From: a virus
Virus record (IMG/VR): IMGVR_UViG_3300025626_001351
Location: 5,816-69,815 of that record
Strand: one strand, 5' to 3'
DNA length: 64,000 nucleotides
Made by a program: the position numbers and the translations under genes
Notes under the pieces: generated by a model
Told to the model about the DNA's origin: nothing
Seen by the model: only the letters and a program-made list of their open reading frames with translations
Databases searched by the model: none
In this document: piece after piece, positions 38,509 through 48,505 of the stretch
How the letters are laid out: every line of letters starts with the position of its first letter
How positions within the stretch are numbered: the stretch's first letter is position 1

Positions 38509-39102
38509 TTATCTTGGAGAGAAATAAAATTCTTTTAAGTCTAAAAGATATCGGTCTATTCCAATGAAGTTATTTTTATGTAGTGCTAATGTACGTCTAT
38601 TAGTGTCTATTACACCTTTTTCCATTCCTACATCTTGCAAAGGGCCTACTATTTTCCATTGTAACTCTAACTTATCGTAATAAACTGAATCAAACCCAAA
38701 ACCATCTTTATCTACTTCAAAGATAGTTTCATTACCTTTGTGTTTCATAAAGTATCTTGTAATAACCCCTTTAATCTTATCTTTATTAGTTAGGATTGGA
38801 TAATATGGGTCTGGAATATCAATAATAGACGAGTAATCATCCGCCTCTATTTCTTTTAATGTATTATATTGAAAAACACGCTTAACGTCAGCTGAACCAC
38901 CTAAGTCTGCGAATGGTATAAGTCGTCTTGATAAGTTTTTTACATAGTTAGGTTCACTAAATATTTCTTTAGTGTTTTTGTAAGTGTGGTATTGACCAAC
39001 ATACGGAGTTCCATCTTTTTCCATTAGTTCACCACCATTAGTATAAAGACCACTACTTATTGAGCCAATTGGGTAATATATACGTTCTCTTCTATCTGCC
39101 AT
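38509..39102 (-). CDS. Hypothetical protein, last gene of the baseplate operon
   Basis: LYTNGGEL..YVGQYH, ITRYF; assigned by position. Confidence 0.5.
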   Translation of the reverse strand: MADRRERIYYPIGSISSGLYTNGGELMEKDGTPYVGQYHTYKNTKEIFSEPNYVKNLSRRLIPFADLGGSADVKRVFQYNTLKEIEADDYSSIIDIPDPYYPILTNKDKIKGVITRYFMKHKGNETIFEVDKDGFGFDSVYYDKLELQWKIVGPLQDVGMEKGVIDTNRRTLALHKNNFIGIDRYLLDLKEFYFSPR

Positions 39103-39104
39103 GA

Positions 39105-40820
39105 TTACTTCCCTAACATCATTATACCTGTTATATCAGTTACCCAATCACCATTACTAAAATTTTGTCCTATCTTACTTACGATAAAATAAGCTTTAGC
39201 TGCTTTTAAGCTTTTTGGTAGTCTATCAATGGTGAATGCATCAGCATATCTAGCACCAAAATAACCATCACATTGAAATGATACTTCTAAATTATATTTT
39301 ATTATTGGTTGAGTTTTCTTGGATATTGACTCTACATAAGCTTTTAATGATTGCTTTGCCGTAGTAATTTCTTCCATACCTATATTATCACCCAACGTTT
39401 CCATTACTTCTTTTAAGTTTTCTTTGTAATCAACAACTGCTGCAGCCTCAGGTTCTAAAGTATCAAAACAACCAGGATATAAGTTTTTAAGATTATCACC
39501 ACCCTTGCCTGTTTGTGCAGCGTGAAGTGCCATAGCCATCATTTCCGAATCCATATTGGTACTGACATTGTATGACCTTACACCATTCTTATATCCATTT
39601 AAAACTTTTAATTCAGTTGGACTTCCACTTGGTTCAAAATCGCTACCTTTATTTAATATTAACATCTGCTCCCCTTTAGCAGTTTCAGCTGAATTTGGGT
39701 CTGAGTAAATATAAGGTCTAACATACCCACCCGTACATACGTCAACTAATCCAAATATCTTTTTTAGATAATCTACAGTAGCTACTGATTTTTTACTATC
39801 TGAACCTGGTGGCATTGTTAGGTCATTTTGAATCTTAGCTATTGCTGGAATGCTTATATAAATCTTTCCTAAAAGAGAACTACCCTCAGCTGATATGTCA
39901 AATTGGGCTTTACTACCATATCTTCCATTACCTGAAATTAAAATAGATAGTGGGTCGGCTGATTTTATCTCGGATGGGAAGGTTTGCTTACTACTTTCTA
40001 CAAAAAGTTTATCATAGGTAAATAATGGGTTTTTAATTTTTAGTTCTGGATTTATATTTTTATTAATTGAATCTATAATGTAACTAGCCGCTACATATGA
40101 AATTTGACTATCATTACTGAACCAGCTGGTGTTTTCTTCCATTTGATGATTACAAATTGCAAATGGCCCATTCTTTTTAGCTCGACCATCGCTCGGGCTT
40201 AGACCTTTTAGCTTTTGGCTGGATTCTCCAATTATATTTCCAAGAATATCACTTGGTGTAATTGTTTTGCCTGATTCTTCATCTGTATACTCAATTGGTG
40301 CTGAGCTGCTTAGTGTAAAGAAATCAGCCGAAACTACTCCATCTAATTTACCACCTGCTTTTATAGTAACATCAAAGCTACTGTCTTGGTTTATTGTAAA
40401 ATCATAACCCACAATCTCAGCGTCTATGCTGTCACTTGTACCACCTGCATACCCTAATTTAATAGTAATTCGTTGTCCTGGTATTAAAAATGAATTTTCC
40501 ATGTCATTTAAATCATCAAGCGAAAATACTTTTACTTTAGCAGATGCTTCAAACAACATAGCATCTGATGCGTCTTGTCCACCATCATTTGCCATTTCGA
40601 ATGATTCTAATACAGGTTGTGGTGTTAATCTACCACCCTCAGTACTCATTAATGCTGAATGGGTTTTTTGGACATTACTTTCTATTGATGTAATAGCCCC
40701 TGAACAACTTGCTTTACCACCACCCTTAAGTGATATCTGAGCGTATGCACGTTTATGTACACCACGAGTGTGTTCTTGTCGTGTTGGGGGAGTTAATTGT
40801 TTTGAGCCTAATGCTGCCAT
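39105..40820 (-). CDS. Putative baseplate hub protein
   Basis: PGQRITIKLGY, YDFTINQDSSFDV, FIVSKIGQNF..WVTDI (gp27/GpD-like pattern); follows the LysM-like gene. Confidence 0.5.
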   Translation of the reverse strand: MAALGSKQLTPPTRQEHTRGVHKRAYAQISLKGGGKASCSGAITSIESNVQKTHSALMSTEGGRLTPQPVLESFEMANDGGQDASDAMLFEASAKVKVFSLDDLNDMENSFLIPGQRITIKLGYAGGTSDSIDAEIVGYDFTINQDSSFDVTIKAGGKLDGVVSADFFTLSSSAPIEYTDEESGKTITPSDILGNIIGESSQKLKGLSPSDGRAKKNGPFAICNHQMEENTSWFSNDSQISYVAASYIIDSINKNINPELKIKNPLFTYDKLFVESSKQTFPSEIKSADPLSILISGNGRYGSKAQFDISAEGSSLLGKIYISIPAIAKIQNDLTMPPGSDSKKSVATVDYLKKIFGLVDVCTGGYVRPYIYSDPNSAETAKGEQMLILNKGSDFEPSGSPTELKVLNGYKNGVRSYNVSTNMDSEMMAMALHAAQTGKGGDNLKNLYPGCFDTLEPEAAAVVDYKENLKEVMETLGDNIGMEEITTAKQSLKAYVESISKKTQPIIKYNLEVSFQCDGYFGARYADAFTIDRLPKSLKAAKAYFIVSKIGQNFSNGDWVTDITGIMMLGK

Positions 40821-40832
40821 AACTTAGTTTCT

Positions 40833-41138
40833 TTATGTTGTTGGTTTATTAAGTATATTAAACTCTTCTTTAATACCCTCTATATCAAATGGAATTCGTA
40901 ATTGTTCTCCAATTTTAACTCCCATATTCCCAAAACCTAATTTGTTAGCTCTAGCTATAATCCACCACAAACTTGGGTCTTGATAATATTCCCATGCTAA
41001 ATTATCCAACCTATCTCCAAATGCACCTATAATATAGGTATCTGAAACTGAAGGTGGAATTGTTGGGTATACGATAGTATTATATTGTAATCGTTTCGTG
41101 TTCCGTTTTCCTATGGTTATGTCTTCGTATCTTTTCAT
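40833..41138 (-). CDS. LysM-like baseplate protein (gp53/tail-X-like)
   Basis: GDRLDNLAWEYYQDPSLWWIIARAN..GEQLRIP. Confidence 0.75.
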   Translation of the reverse strand: MKRYEDITIGKRNTKRLQYNTIVYPTIPPSVSDTYIIGAFGDRLDNLAWEYYQDPSLWWIIARANKLGFGNMGVKIGEQLRIPFDIEGIKEEFNILNKPTT

Positions 41139-41155
41139 GGTTTATGGGGTTTATG

Positions 41156-44100
41156 TTATTGGGTTCTTGTAAATGTTCCAAATATATTATCAGCTTTATA
41201 CTTATGTAATCCGTTACCAAGTACAGTACACCCGACTGAAATATCTATACCCATTGGTAATTGATAATCTATGTCCCATGGAGTGTCATCTGAGTAAGTA
41301 TATGATAACGTTGTTAATATCATTGGGGTTTGATTATATAATTGACCTATTGTTAACTTTAGGTCAGTAGCACCTGGAGCTGTATATCCAACACTAGCAT
41401 ATTGAGGCATTGTATATGTAGATAAGCGTTCTAATTTAGTCCACAACGGCTCCATCTCTATTCGAGATGTTGGATACACTTTAAAGTTAAATGAAATATC
41501 TCTTTTAAAAGTATCATATACATAAACAGGTTCTGCTCTACCAGTATACTTTATATCCGTATAACCTGGTGAAAAGTTTTCTGATAATCCAGATATAGTT
41601 CCTCTAAATTGTATATTATCTCCTGCTCCGGCCGTTTTAAAAACTAATGGAATTATATCAGTCCCAGTCGTTCCAATTGTAGAAGCTTGAACTTCATCGT
41701 AGTAACCTTTATAGTTAGCTGCATCTGAATATGTTATCGTCCACTTATCACGAACCTTTCCATCAGTTTTGAACATTTTACCAGGAGTACCAAATTTATA
41801 GTTGGTTTCAAGGTTCTTTGACGTAAAGTCAGATTCAGTAGCAAATCCTTTTTGTTGACTAGTACCTACATCTCTAAAATCTTTAGGTATAATAGGTGGT
41901 TGTCCTGTTGATAATTTAGCCTTATTCTGAAGGTTCTTGTAAGACATTCCATTAAAGTCTTTAATGTCATTTAATGCACCAGCTGTATTTCCTTCACTTG
42001 ATAGTAGGTTTTCACCTGGATACTTCTTCTTATGGGTATCATCAATATCACCTAATACTTGTTGAGTATTTCCGAACTTTAACTTATCTGTCTTGTCAGC
42101 TGGTACATCGTCATTATACGTTTTAGCATCTGAAGCGTATGGATTATACTTTTGTGCTAATATATCTATGTTTTTCTTACCATCAGTTATATAAGGACTT
42201 GTAGTTCTACCATCTCTATCTTTTTGTAAAACTCCTTTGGATAGTTCGATGATTTTATCTGAATCTTCAGCTAATTCACCATTATCGAATTTTTTTAGAT
42301 TTTCAGTATAAGTTCCACTTCCCTCACCCAACAAGGCCATAGGATTAAATCTTTGAAAGAACCTTACTCCCGTTTGTGCACCATTTCTATTACCAAAGTC
42401 TTGGCCAGCATTGTGATATCCTAATGTAGAAGTCCCACGAGATGTTAAACTTATACCAAGCCCATATACGGAATCAAATCCACCATTATTTTTTAAAGTA
42501 GATGGAAACGGCATTCCCGGAGCAATCATTGGCCCAGCTTTTACTAATTGCTCATAAAAATCACTTATCTTATCTTTATATCCACTAAGACCTAATTTTT
42601 TGTACTTACCTGCTTTATCTTGTAAGATTACACCACTTCTATCGGGACGTAATCCTATCAGCCCACCACCAACACCTGCAAGTAAGTTTATTGGAGTCCA
42701 AGTTCTACCAAATGCGTTTGCTTTTTGTGTACCAAATTGTCTAACAGACCAAAGTAGTCCTTTTACTGATAAAAAGAATGAACCTAAACGTACTAAATCA
42801 ATTGCAGCTCTATTTAATGATGTTACTGTACCACCTCTGATAAATCCATCATCAATTCCTAACCCAGTCAAATCCCAATTTTGTGGTTCGGTTTTATTTT
42901 TCCTTTGAATACCCCTTAGTACATAAGGCTGTTTGAAAATACTTAACCTATTTGATGCATCATCTTGTAGATTAAATTTGTTGTACATATTATCTAAAAA
43001 CGATGGTGAGTTTTTTTGTTGTGATATGGTTTCTAATGAAAAGTTTGGATACAAGAAAGTACCAGCGTCATAATATTTACCAGAATTAGGTGAATATCTT
43101 GGCGACCCTGCAATTTCAGAACCTACTTTATATTGACCATATCCCGGTGTAAATGCTAGACCTGGAAATGCGTTATCAAAATTACTTAATAATGAATTTG
43201 AACTATTAAATTCTGTACCTTCAATACCAGTAAATTTAGTATCATCGATAGTTTTCATAAATGGTGAGAATCCAACAGCTTTTTCATCTGTAATATAATT
43301 TACAGTTTCAAAACTCTTCCCTTCACCTTCTAATTTTGGACTAAACCCAAATGGGTCAGTTGTTATATTACCTTTAAACTTATCACCTTGATTTAATACT
43401 TGTGTATCAGTTTCACCTAAAAACTTAGAACTTATATCAGATGGTATTTGGTCAGTTTCACCTAAAAAGTTAGAACTTCTGTCAGATAGGTTAGGAGTTG
43501 TTTCACCTAAGAAGTTAGAACTTATATCTGATTCATTAGGAGTTGTTTCACCTAAGAAGTTAGAAGTGTTGTCAGCTTCATTAGGAGTTGTTTCACCTAA
43601 AAAGTTAGAACTTCTGTCAGATAGGTTAGGAGTTGTTTCACCTAAAAATTGTTCTGTAAGTGTTGATTCTTTTGGTGTTGTTTCACCTAAAAAGTTTTGT
43701 GTAAATTTAAAAGTAGCAGGAGTTGTTTCACCTTTAAATATATCACCTTGAGTAGCTTCAGTAGGAGTTGTTTCACCTTTAAATATATCACCTTGAGTAG
43801 CTTCAGTAGGAGTTGTTTCACCTTTAAATATATCACCTTGAGTAGCTTCAGTAGGAGTAGTCTCTCCTTTGAACTTATCACCTTGAGTAGCTTCAGTAGG
43901 AGTAGTCTCTCCTTTGAACTTATCACCTTGTTGTACTTCAGTAGTAGTAGTTTCTCCTTTGAACTTATCACCTTGTTGTACTTCAGCAGTTTTAGTTTCA
44001 CCTAAAAATCGTTCTGCCAAAGACATTGGTTTAGGGTCAGGTAGTCCAGCAAGTTTATCAATGTTACCAGATGGTAATATTTTTACATCCACTCCTACTT

Positions 44101-44263
44101 TTTCAGGAGTTACTTTTGGAGCTAATACTTTTTTACCTTGTACCTTATCACTTAATGGAGTTGTATTGAATGACTCTGGTTGTACTGTCTCTTTTTTATC
44201 AAGAGGTGTACTTGTTGGTTTTCTGAATTTAGATAAATCTGATTTTAAGTCTTTAAGTGCCAT
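41156..44263 (-). CDS. Large baseplate / tail-tube-initiator-like protein with a 15-aa repeat tract
   Basis: C-terminal FRGTISGLSENFSPGY..YTGRAEPVYVY..RDISFNFKV, LTIGQLY, PWDI resemble tube-initiator folds; follows the tape measure gene. Confidence 0.55.
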   Translation of the reverse strand: MALKDLKSDLSKFRKPTSTPLDKKETVQPESFNTTPLSDKVQGKKVLAPKVTPEKVGVDVKILPSGNIDKLAGLPDPKPMSLAERFLGETKTAEVQQGDKFKGETTTTEVQQGDKFKGETTPTEATQGDKFKGETTPTEATQGDIFKGETTPTEATQGDIFKGETTPTEATQGDIFKGETTPATFKFTQNFLGETTPKESTLTEQFLGETTPNLSDRSSNFLGETTPNEADNTSNFLGETTPNESDISSNFLGETTPNLSDRSSNFLGETDQIPSDISSKFLGETDTQVLNQGDKFKGNITTDPFGFSPKLEGEGKSFETVNYITDEKAVGFSPFMKTIDDTKFTGIEGTEFNSSNSLLSNFDNAFPGLAFTPGYGQYKVGSEIAGSPRYSPNSGKYYDAGTFLYPNFSLETISQQKNSPSFLDNMYNKFNLQDDASNRLSIFKQPYVLRGIQRKNKTEPQNWDLTGLGIDDGFIRGGTVTSLNRAAIDLVRLGSFFLSVKGLLWSVRQFGTQKANAFGRTWTPINLLAGVGGGLIGLRPDRSGVILQDKAGKYKKLGLSGYKDKISDFYEQLVKAGPMIAPGMPFPSTLKNNGGFDSVYGLGISLTSRGTSTLGYHNAGQDFGNRNGAQTGVRFFQRFNPMALLGEGSGTYTENLKKFDNGELAEDSDKIIELSKGVLQKDRDGRTTSPYITDGKKNIDILAQKYNPYASDAKTYNDDVPADKTDKLKFGNTQQVLGDIDDTHKKKYPGENLLSSEGNTAGALNDIKDFNGMSYKNLQNKAKLSTGQPPIIPKDFRDVGTSQQKGFATESDFTSKNLETNYKFGTPGKMFKTDGKVRDKWTITYSDAANYKGYYDEVQASTIGTTGTDIIPLVFKTAGAGDNIQFRGTISGLSENFSPGYTDIKYTGRAEPVYVYDTFKRDISFNFKVYPTSRIEMEPLWTKLERLSTYTMPQYASVGYTAPGATDLKLTIGQLYNQTPMILTTLSYTYSDDTPWDIDYQLPMGIDISVGCTVLGNGLHKYKADNIFGTFTRTQ
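43361..44008 (-). repeat. 45-nt (15-aa) tandem coding repeat, 14 full units plus a partial one, F(L/K)GETTPxxxxxxxx
   Basis: The first Phe codon at 44008 and the 15th at 43378 are exactly 14 x 45 nt apart. Confidence 0.9.
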
Positions 44264-46965
44264 TATCCAACTCTCCTAGTGCTTTTTGCATTTTGTACTT
44301 TACTTATTTCGCTGATGACTTTGTTACCCATTACTATTTGAATTGGTTGAGATTGTAAATCACTTCTCAGACCTTTAATTTCAGCTAATAGTTCAGAATC
44401 ACCATCACCACCACCTGCTTCAGCTTCAGAATCACCACCACCCATACCAAACGCTCCAGCAAGTCCACTAAGAGCGGGTGCTACAGCCGATAAAGCTATT
44501 AGTAATCCAATACCAGGCATAGCAGCGAGTCCAGCAAGTGCAATCATACCTAATCCAGCAGCTATACTTACTAACCCAGCCCCGACACCTAATAACATTG
44601 GTGCGACTCCACCGAGAGTTATTAATGACTCAATCATTCCACCCATGTCACTTTGACCTAATTTAGAAAATCCTTCAGAGATTGGCCCTAATGCAACTCC
44701 TAATGCTGTAAGTGCTACAGCACCTAAAATAATGAATGGTGACATAAATCCTAAACCAGCTACAGTAGTTGCTAATATACCTATACCAGTTGAGAATGAA
44801 ATTATAGCTTGAGTATCCAATCCTTCTAACATTCCAAATGCAGCTGCGGCTGGGCCTAATGCTATTCCTAATACTGTAAGTGCAACAGCACCCATAATAA
44901 TAAACGGAGCTAACAGTCCTAAACCAGCAGTAGCCAATGCTAATACACCAACACCTGTTGAGAATGATATTAGTACTTGTGTATCTAATCCTTCTAACAT
45001 TCCAAATGCCGTAGCAGCTGGAATTATAGCTGCTCCTAATATTGCAACAGCAGCAGCACCCATGATAACAAATGGTGCAAGGAATCCTAATCCAGCAGCT
45101 GCTAATGATAATATTGTAAGTGCTCCTGCGAATGCGAACATTGAAGCTGGTTCAACCCCAGCCAAAAGACTCATAGCATACGCGGCTGGTATTAATGCTA
45201 TTGCTACAATACCAAGTGCCAATGCACCCATTATTACGTTACCACTAATCATACCCATTAGAGCCAATGTAGCTCCTAATATACCAATTGACGCAGAAAA
45301 TGCTATCATTGTAACTGGGTCTACGTCACCTAACATATACATAGCAGCTGCGAATGATGCTCCCATCACTGCAACTAATGCACCTAAGACAACTATACCC
45401 ATTAATTTTTTACCTGGTTTTTTTCCTAATGAATCTAAACCTTCACCTAAACTTTTGAGGATACCACCCCCACCATCTCCACCACCACTTGGTGCTTCTG
45501 GCATTGGTGAATCACCACCACCTTTTGAAAATGGATTAAGATTACTTAAACCAGTACCTTTACCCTGCATTACATTCATTAGTGCGTATTGAGCTACCAT
45601 CGTAGCTATCGCAGCACCACCACTCATCGCACCACTTTTAATTTCAGCAAACATAGCTTGCTGAGCTTGCTTTTTCTCTTCAAGTTGTTGAAGTTCTTTA
45701 GCATTCATGCCTGGATTTTTAGCTTGTAGGTCAGCGAAGTTTTCTTGTTTCACTATCATATCTGATAATTCGTCTGTACTCATACCATATGTAGCAGCTA
45801 GAGCATCTCTACCAGCTCTACTCATATCATGGAACTTTTCACTACTAAGGTTAGCTTCCTTCATAGCAGCTGTCATCATTTCCATACCTTTAGCTTCATC
45901 ACCAAACTTCATTTCGAAGGCAGCGTCTTGAGCCATAGCAGCGGATGCTGTATATTCACCCATACCCATAGCTCTTAATTTCATTTGAGCTCTGGCTTGA
46001 GTTTCAAGGTTTACCATATTATCTGACATTTGTTCCATCATCTTCATGGAAACACCTTGTTGTTTTAATTCGGCTGTTTTTTTAGCTAAGTTAATTAATT
46101 CTTCTTTTGAAGCTCCAACTAACATACCAGCACTATCTGCCATTTCTTTGAATAAGACGTTAGCATTTACACCAGCTCCATAAGCAATAGCTTTTATTTC
46201 GCTGGTCATCTCTTTAGCATTACCATTAGCGTCTGCAAATATCTGATTTAATTTAACAGAACTAGCAGCGTCACCAGTTAGTGCCGTTAATGCAGCTACG
46301 TTTTTCTGCATATCACCTGTGATACTTTTTGTAGTACCAAAGTACTCACCTGCATCTTTTGCAGCTTGTGCTAATCCCTCTGTACCATATAGTAATCCTT
46401 CTATACTAAATGATGCGGCTAAAGTTTGAGCACCTAATCTACCAGCTTCATCAGCTGATGTACCCATGTTGACGTATAATTCTTTTGCGAGTCCAACTGT
46501 GTTGGATATTACGTTACCAAGAAATTCAGCTGCTTTTTGAGCTATTACAATTCCGGCACCTATTAACGTACCAGCTTTTATCATTTCACCCATAGTTCCT
46601 AAAGAACCATATAAGGTATCTGATACATCTTCCGTAAGTCCTTTTAATTTCTCTTCGGTATCTTTTTGTTTTTGTTTTTCTTCAAGAATAGTTTTAACAT
46701 TATCTAATTGGTCTATATAATGTTGATTGATATCTTCACCCTTATCAAGTTGCTCTTTTAAGAGTTCATCAATAGTTGTGTTAATATCGTTTATTTTGGA
46801 CGTTAAATCTTTTTCTTCGGCAAGGTTTTTTAATAAGTCTTCTTTTATATCCTTAGCTTGATTAGAAACAAACTTATAGGTTTGTGCGGACTTAACGATT
46901 TCATTCATTAAGTCACGTTCTCCTGCTAAGAGTTCTTTTCTTTTTTGGATATCATCAGATGCCAT
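44263..46965 (-). CDS. Tail tape measure protein
   Basis: 900 aa; N-terminal coiled coil; Ala/Gly-rich hydrophobic repeats; lies between the chaperone and baseplate genes. Confidence 0.85.
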   Translation of the reverse strand: MASDDIQKRKELLAGERDLMNEIVKSAQTYKFVSNQAKDIKEDLLKNLAEEKDLTSKINDINTTIDELLKEQLDKGEDINQHYIDQLDNVKTILEEKQKQKDTEEKLKGLTEDVSDTLYGSLGTMGEMIKAGTLIGAGIVIAQKAAEFLGNVISNTVGLAKELYVNMGTSADEAGRLGAQTLAASFSIEGLLYGTEGLAQAAKDAGEYFGTTKSITGDMQKNVAALTALTGDAASSVKLNQIFADANGNAKEMTSEIKAIAYGAGVNANVLFKEMADSAGMLVGASKEELINLAKKTAELKQQGVSMKMMEQMSDNMVNLETQARAQMKLRAMGMGEYTASAAMAQDAAFEMKFGDEAKGMEMMTAAMKEANLSSEKFHDMSRAGRDALAATYGMSTDELSDMIVKQENFADLQAKNPGMNAKELQQLEEKKQAQQAMFAEIKSGAMSGGAAIATMVAQYALMNVMQGKGTGLSNLNPFSKGGGDSPMPEAPSGGGDGGGGILKSLGEGLDSLGKKPGKKLMGIVVLGALVAVMGASFAAAMYMLGDVDPVTMIAFSASIGILGATLALMGMISGNVIMGALALGIVAIALIPAAYAMSLLAGVEPASMFAFAGALTILSLAAAGLGFLAPFVIMGAAAVAILGAAIIPAATAFGMLEGLDTQVLISFSTGVGVLALATAGLGLLAPFIIMGAVALTVLGIALGPAAAAFGMLEGLDTQAIISFSTGIGILATTVAGLGFMSPFIILGAVALTALGVALGPISEGFSKLGQSDMGGMIESLITLGGVAPMLLGVGAGLVSIAAGLGMIALAGLAAMPGIGLLIALSAVAPALSGLAGAFGMGGGDSEAEAGGGDGDSELLAEIKGLRSDLQSQPIQIVMGNKVISEISKVQNAKSTRRVG
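44480..45400 (-). repeat. About 56-aa hydrophobic repeats in the tape measure protein
   Basis: FGMLEGLDTQ coding copies at 44823 and 44991 are 168 nt apart; boundaries approximate. Confidence 0.7.
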
Positions 46966-46978
46966 TGACTAACCTTTT

Positions 46979-47218
46979 TTATTTACCAGTACTATATGCT
47001 TTATCAAAAGCATTAGCTAATCTACGAAGTTGGTCTTTTTCTTTTTTTGTTGGAGCTCCGTTGATTGTTTTTTCAATCTTATTCTTGATATTATTTAAGT
47101 CAGTCTCAAGTGATTTTTTTAACTTATTCTTTTTACTAACGAATAAATCAAATATACCTTCAGAAATATCTAACTTAGTAAATAATTCTTTTAGTTTAGA
47201 TTTTTTAATTGTTTTCAT
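46979..47218 (-). CDS. Small basic hypothetical late protein
   Basis: 79 aa; TATTTATA motif upstream. Confidence 0.6.
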   Translation of the reverse strand: MKTIKKSKLKELFTKLDISEGIFDLFVSKKNKLKKSLETDLNNIKNKIEKTINGAPTKKEKDQLRRLANAFDKAYSTGK

Positions 47219-47241
47219 ACAAATCCCTTTTGTTCATATAG

Positions 47242-47249
47242 TATAAATA
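47242..47249 (-). promoter_or_regulatory. Putative late promoter TATTTATA (tape measure/baseplate operon)
   Basis: Directly after a terminator. Confidence 0.65.
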
Positions 47250-47251
47250 TG

Positions 47252-47280
47252 TAAAAACCCAACAATTACGCTGGGTCTTT
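47252..47280 (-). terminator. Intrinsic terminator
   Basis: Minus strand ACCCAGCG-TAAT-TGTTGGGT followed by TTTT. Confidence 0.65.
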
Positions 47281-47281
47281 A

Positions 47282-47500
47282 CTATCTTGTTCTACTTTTT
47301 GCCTTAGCTTTCTTCATTTCCTTGTCATGTTGTGACTTTTCTTCTTCTTTAAACTCTATAATCTTCTGAATATAGAAGCTTCTAGCCCATACTGGCATAT
47401 TGTAAACGTCAGTATGTGAGAATCCACCATTACCATGATAAATCAAGTCAAATATTTGAGAGTGTAAGTGTTTCCTATAATCAGACCTCAGGCCAAAAAA
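47282..47500 (-). CDS. gp51-like tail/baseplate chaperone C-terminal frame, probably reached by frameshift
   Basis: DYRKHLHSQIFDLIYHG..FSHTDVYNMPVWARSFYI; overlaps the end of the upstream gene at a T7 run (track ORF 47282..47563). Confidence 0.6.
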   Translation of the reverse strand, partial: FFGLRSDYRKHLHSQIFDLIYHGNGGFSHTDVYNMPVWARSFYIQKIIEFKEEEKSQHDKEMKKAKAKSRTR

Positions 47501-48353
47501 ACCCGATACCCATAGGTAACGACATATCTCTCCCTTCTCCAGTCTCTTCCGATACGAATTCATATGTTAAATCAATATCAGGAACTACTTTTGAAATATG
47601 TGCTCGGAGTGACTTTGAATCTACTGCAAATAATTCGTTATCCACGAAATTGTTTATTACTTTTTGTTCTACTTCACCATCTACTGAAAGTATCATGTTT
47701 TTCAATCGAGTTGTTAATTGTCGTGATGTGACATCCTTTAACTTACGATTTGCTTTCTTAATCTCTTCGGTTTGGTGTTTTACTTTTCGTTCTTTGGACT
47801 CTGTCATTGCTTGGAACGTAATTTTTCGTTCTGACCTTGGTAACGTGTATTCAAATTCATTTTTATGTAATTCTATTTGGTTAGAACCATCATAATCATT
47901 ATTTTCAAATTGTGTTAAATCAATTGTTTCCTTTTGTTTGTTATCACTATAAGGGTCATCGATTTCTACTACATAATCTTTACCATATCCTAAGATTCTA
48001 GCCGCAATCATAATAGCGTTCTTGTCACCTGTAACTAAATCTACATATTTAATCACGTCACCCTTACCATTACCAATTATTAATGACTGAAATAGTCTAT
48101 CTAAGACTGTACCATCTTTAATGTATGATTGTGTGGTTAGGATATCTTCCTCTTTTGCTGTCATATACTTCATCTCGATTTGTCCTGAAGACAACGGATT
48201 GTCTTGAGGGTAAATTAATCCTTTAGATGGTAAGTCTATAATTTCAGTAGGGAATTTGTAATCACTAAGTTGTTTAACTTCGTGTTCTTTTTTTAACTTT
48301 TCTATCAGGTCTTTTTCATTACCTTGATATTCGTCTTGTAACTCATTACTCAT
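47481..48353 (-). CDS. Baseplate hub / tail assembly chaperone (T4 gp26-like)
   Basis: FPTEIIDLPSKG, MTAKEEDIL, IAARILGYG, LPMGIGFFWP; lies between tube and tape measure genes. Confidence 0.75.
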   Translation of the reverse strand: MSNELQDEYQGNEKDLIEKLKKEHEVKQLSDYKFPTEIIDLPSKGLIYPQDNPLSSGQIEMKYMTAKEEDILTTQSYIKDGTVLDRLFQSLIIGNGKGDVIKYVDLVTGDKNAIMIAARILGYGKDYVVEIDDPYSDNKQKETIDLTQFENNDYDGSNQIELHKNEFEYTLPRSERKITFQAMTESKERKVKHQTEEIKKANRKLKDVTSRQLTTRLKNMILSVDGEVEQKVINNFVDNELFAVDSKSLRAHISKVVPDIDLTYEFVSEETGEGRDMSLPMGIGFFWPEV

Positions 48354-48454
48354 AACGTATGTTCTTTTTATTTAGATTTATATAAAATTAGGCAAAATAT
48401 GCCTTTTTAACCTTTCATATAGTAATATATATGTGATTCGCAATTAATTAATAC

Positions 48455-48484
48455 AAAAAAACCCCCAATTTCTTGGAGGTTTTT
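48455..48484 (-). terminator. Intrinsic terminator after the tail tube gene
   Basis: Minus strand ACCTCCAA-GAAA-TTGGGGGT followed by a T run. Confidence 0.8.
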
Positions 48485-48505
48485 ATCAATTTGTATTTTA
48501 TTCAA

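Noticed and set aside
43361-44008. Possible CRISPR array, given a Cas4-like gene in the window
   Set aside because: Units are in-frame coding repeats without unique spacers; no cas1/cas2; solo Cas4-like nucleases are common in phages.
43566-44279. Overlapping ORFs over the 45-nt repeat (43566+, 43687-, 43697+, 43914+)
   Set aside because: Repeat-induced open frames inside the 1035-aa gene.
48390-48410. AGGCA-N5-TGCCT hairpin upstream of the chaperone gene
   Set aside because: Stem too short to call a terminator or regulatory RNA.
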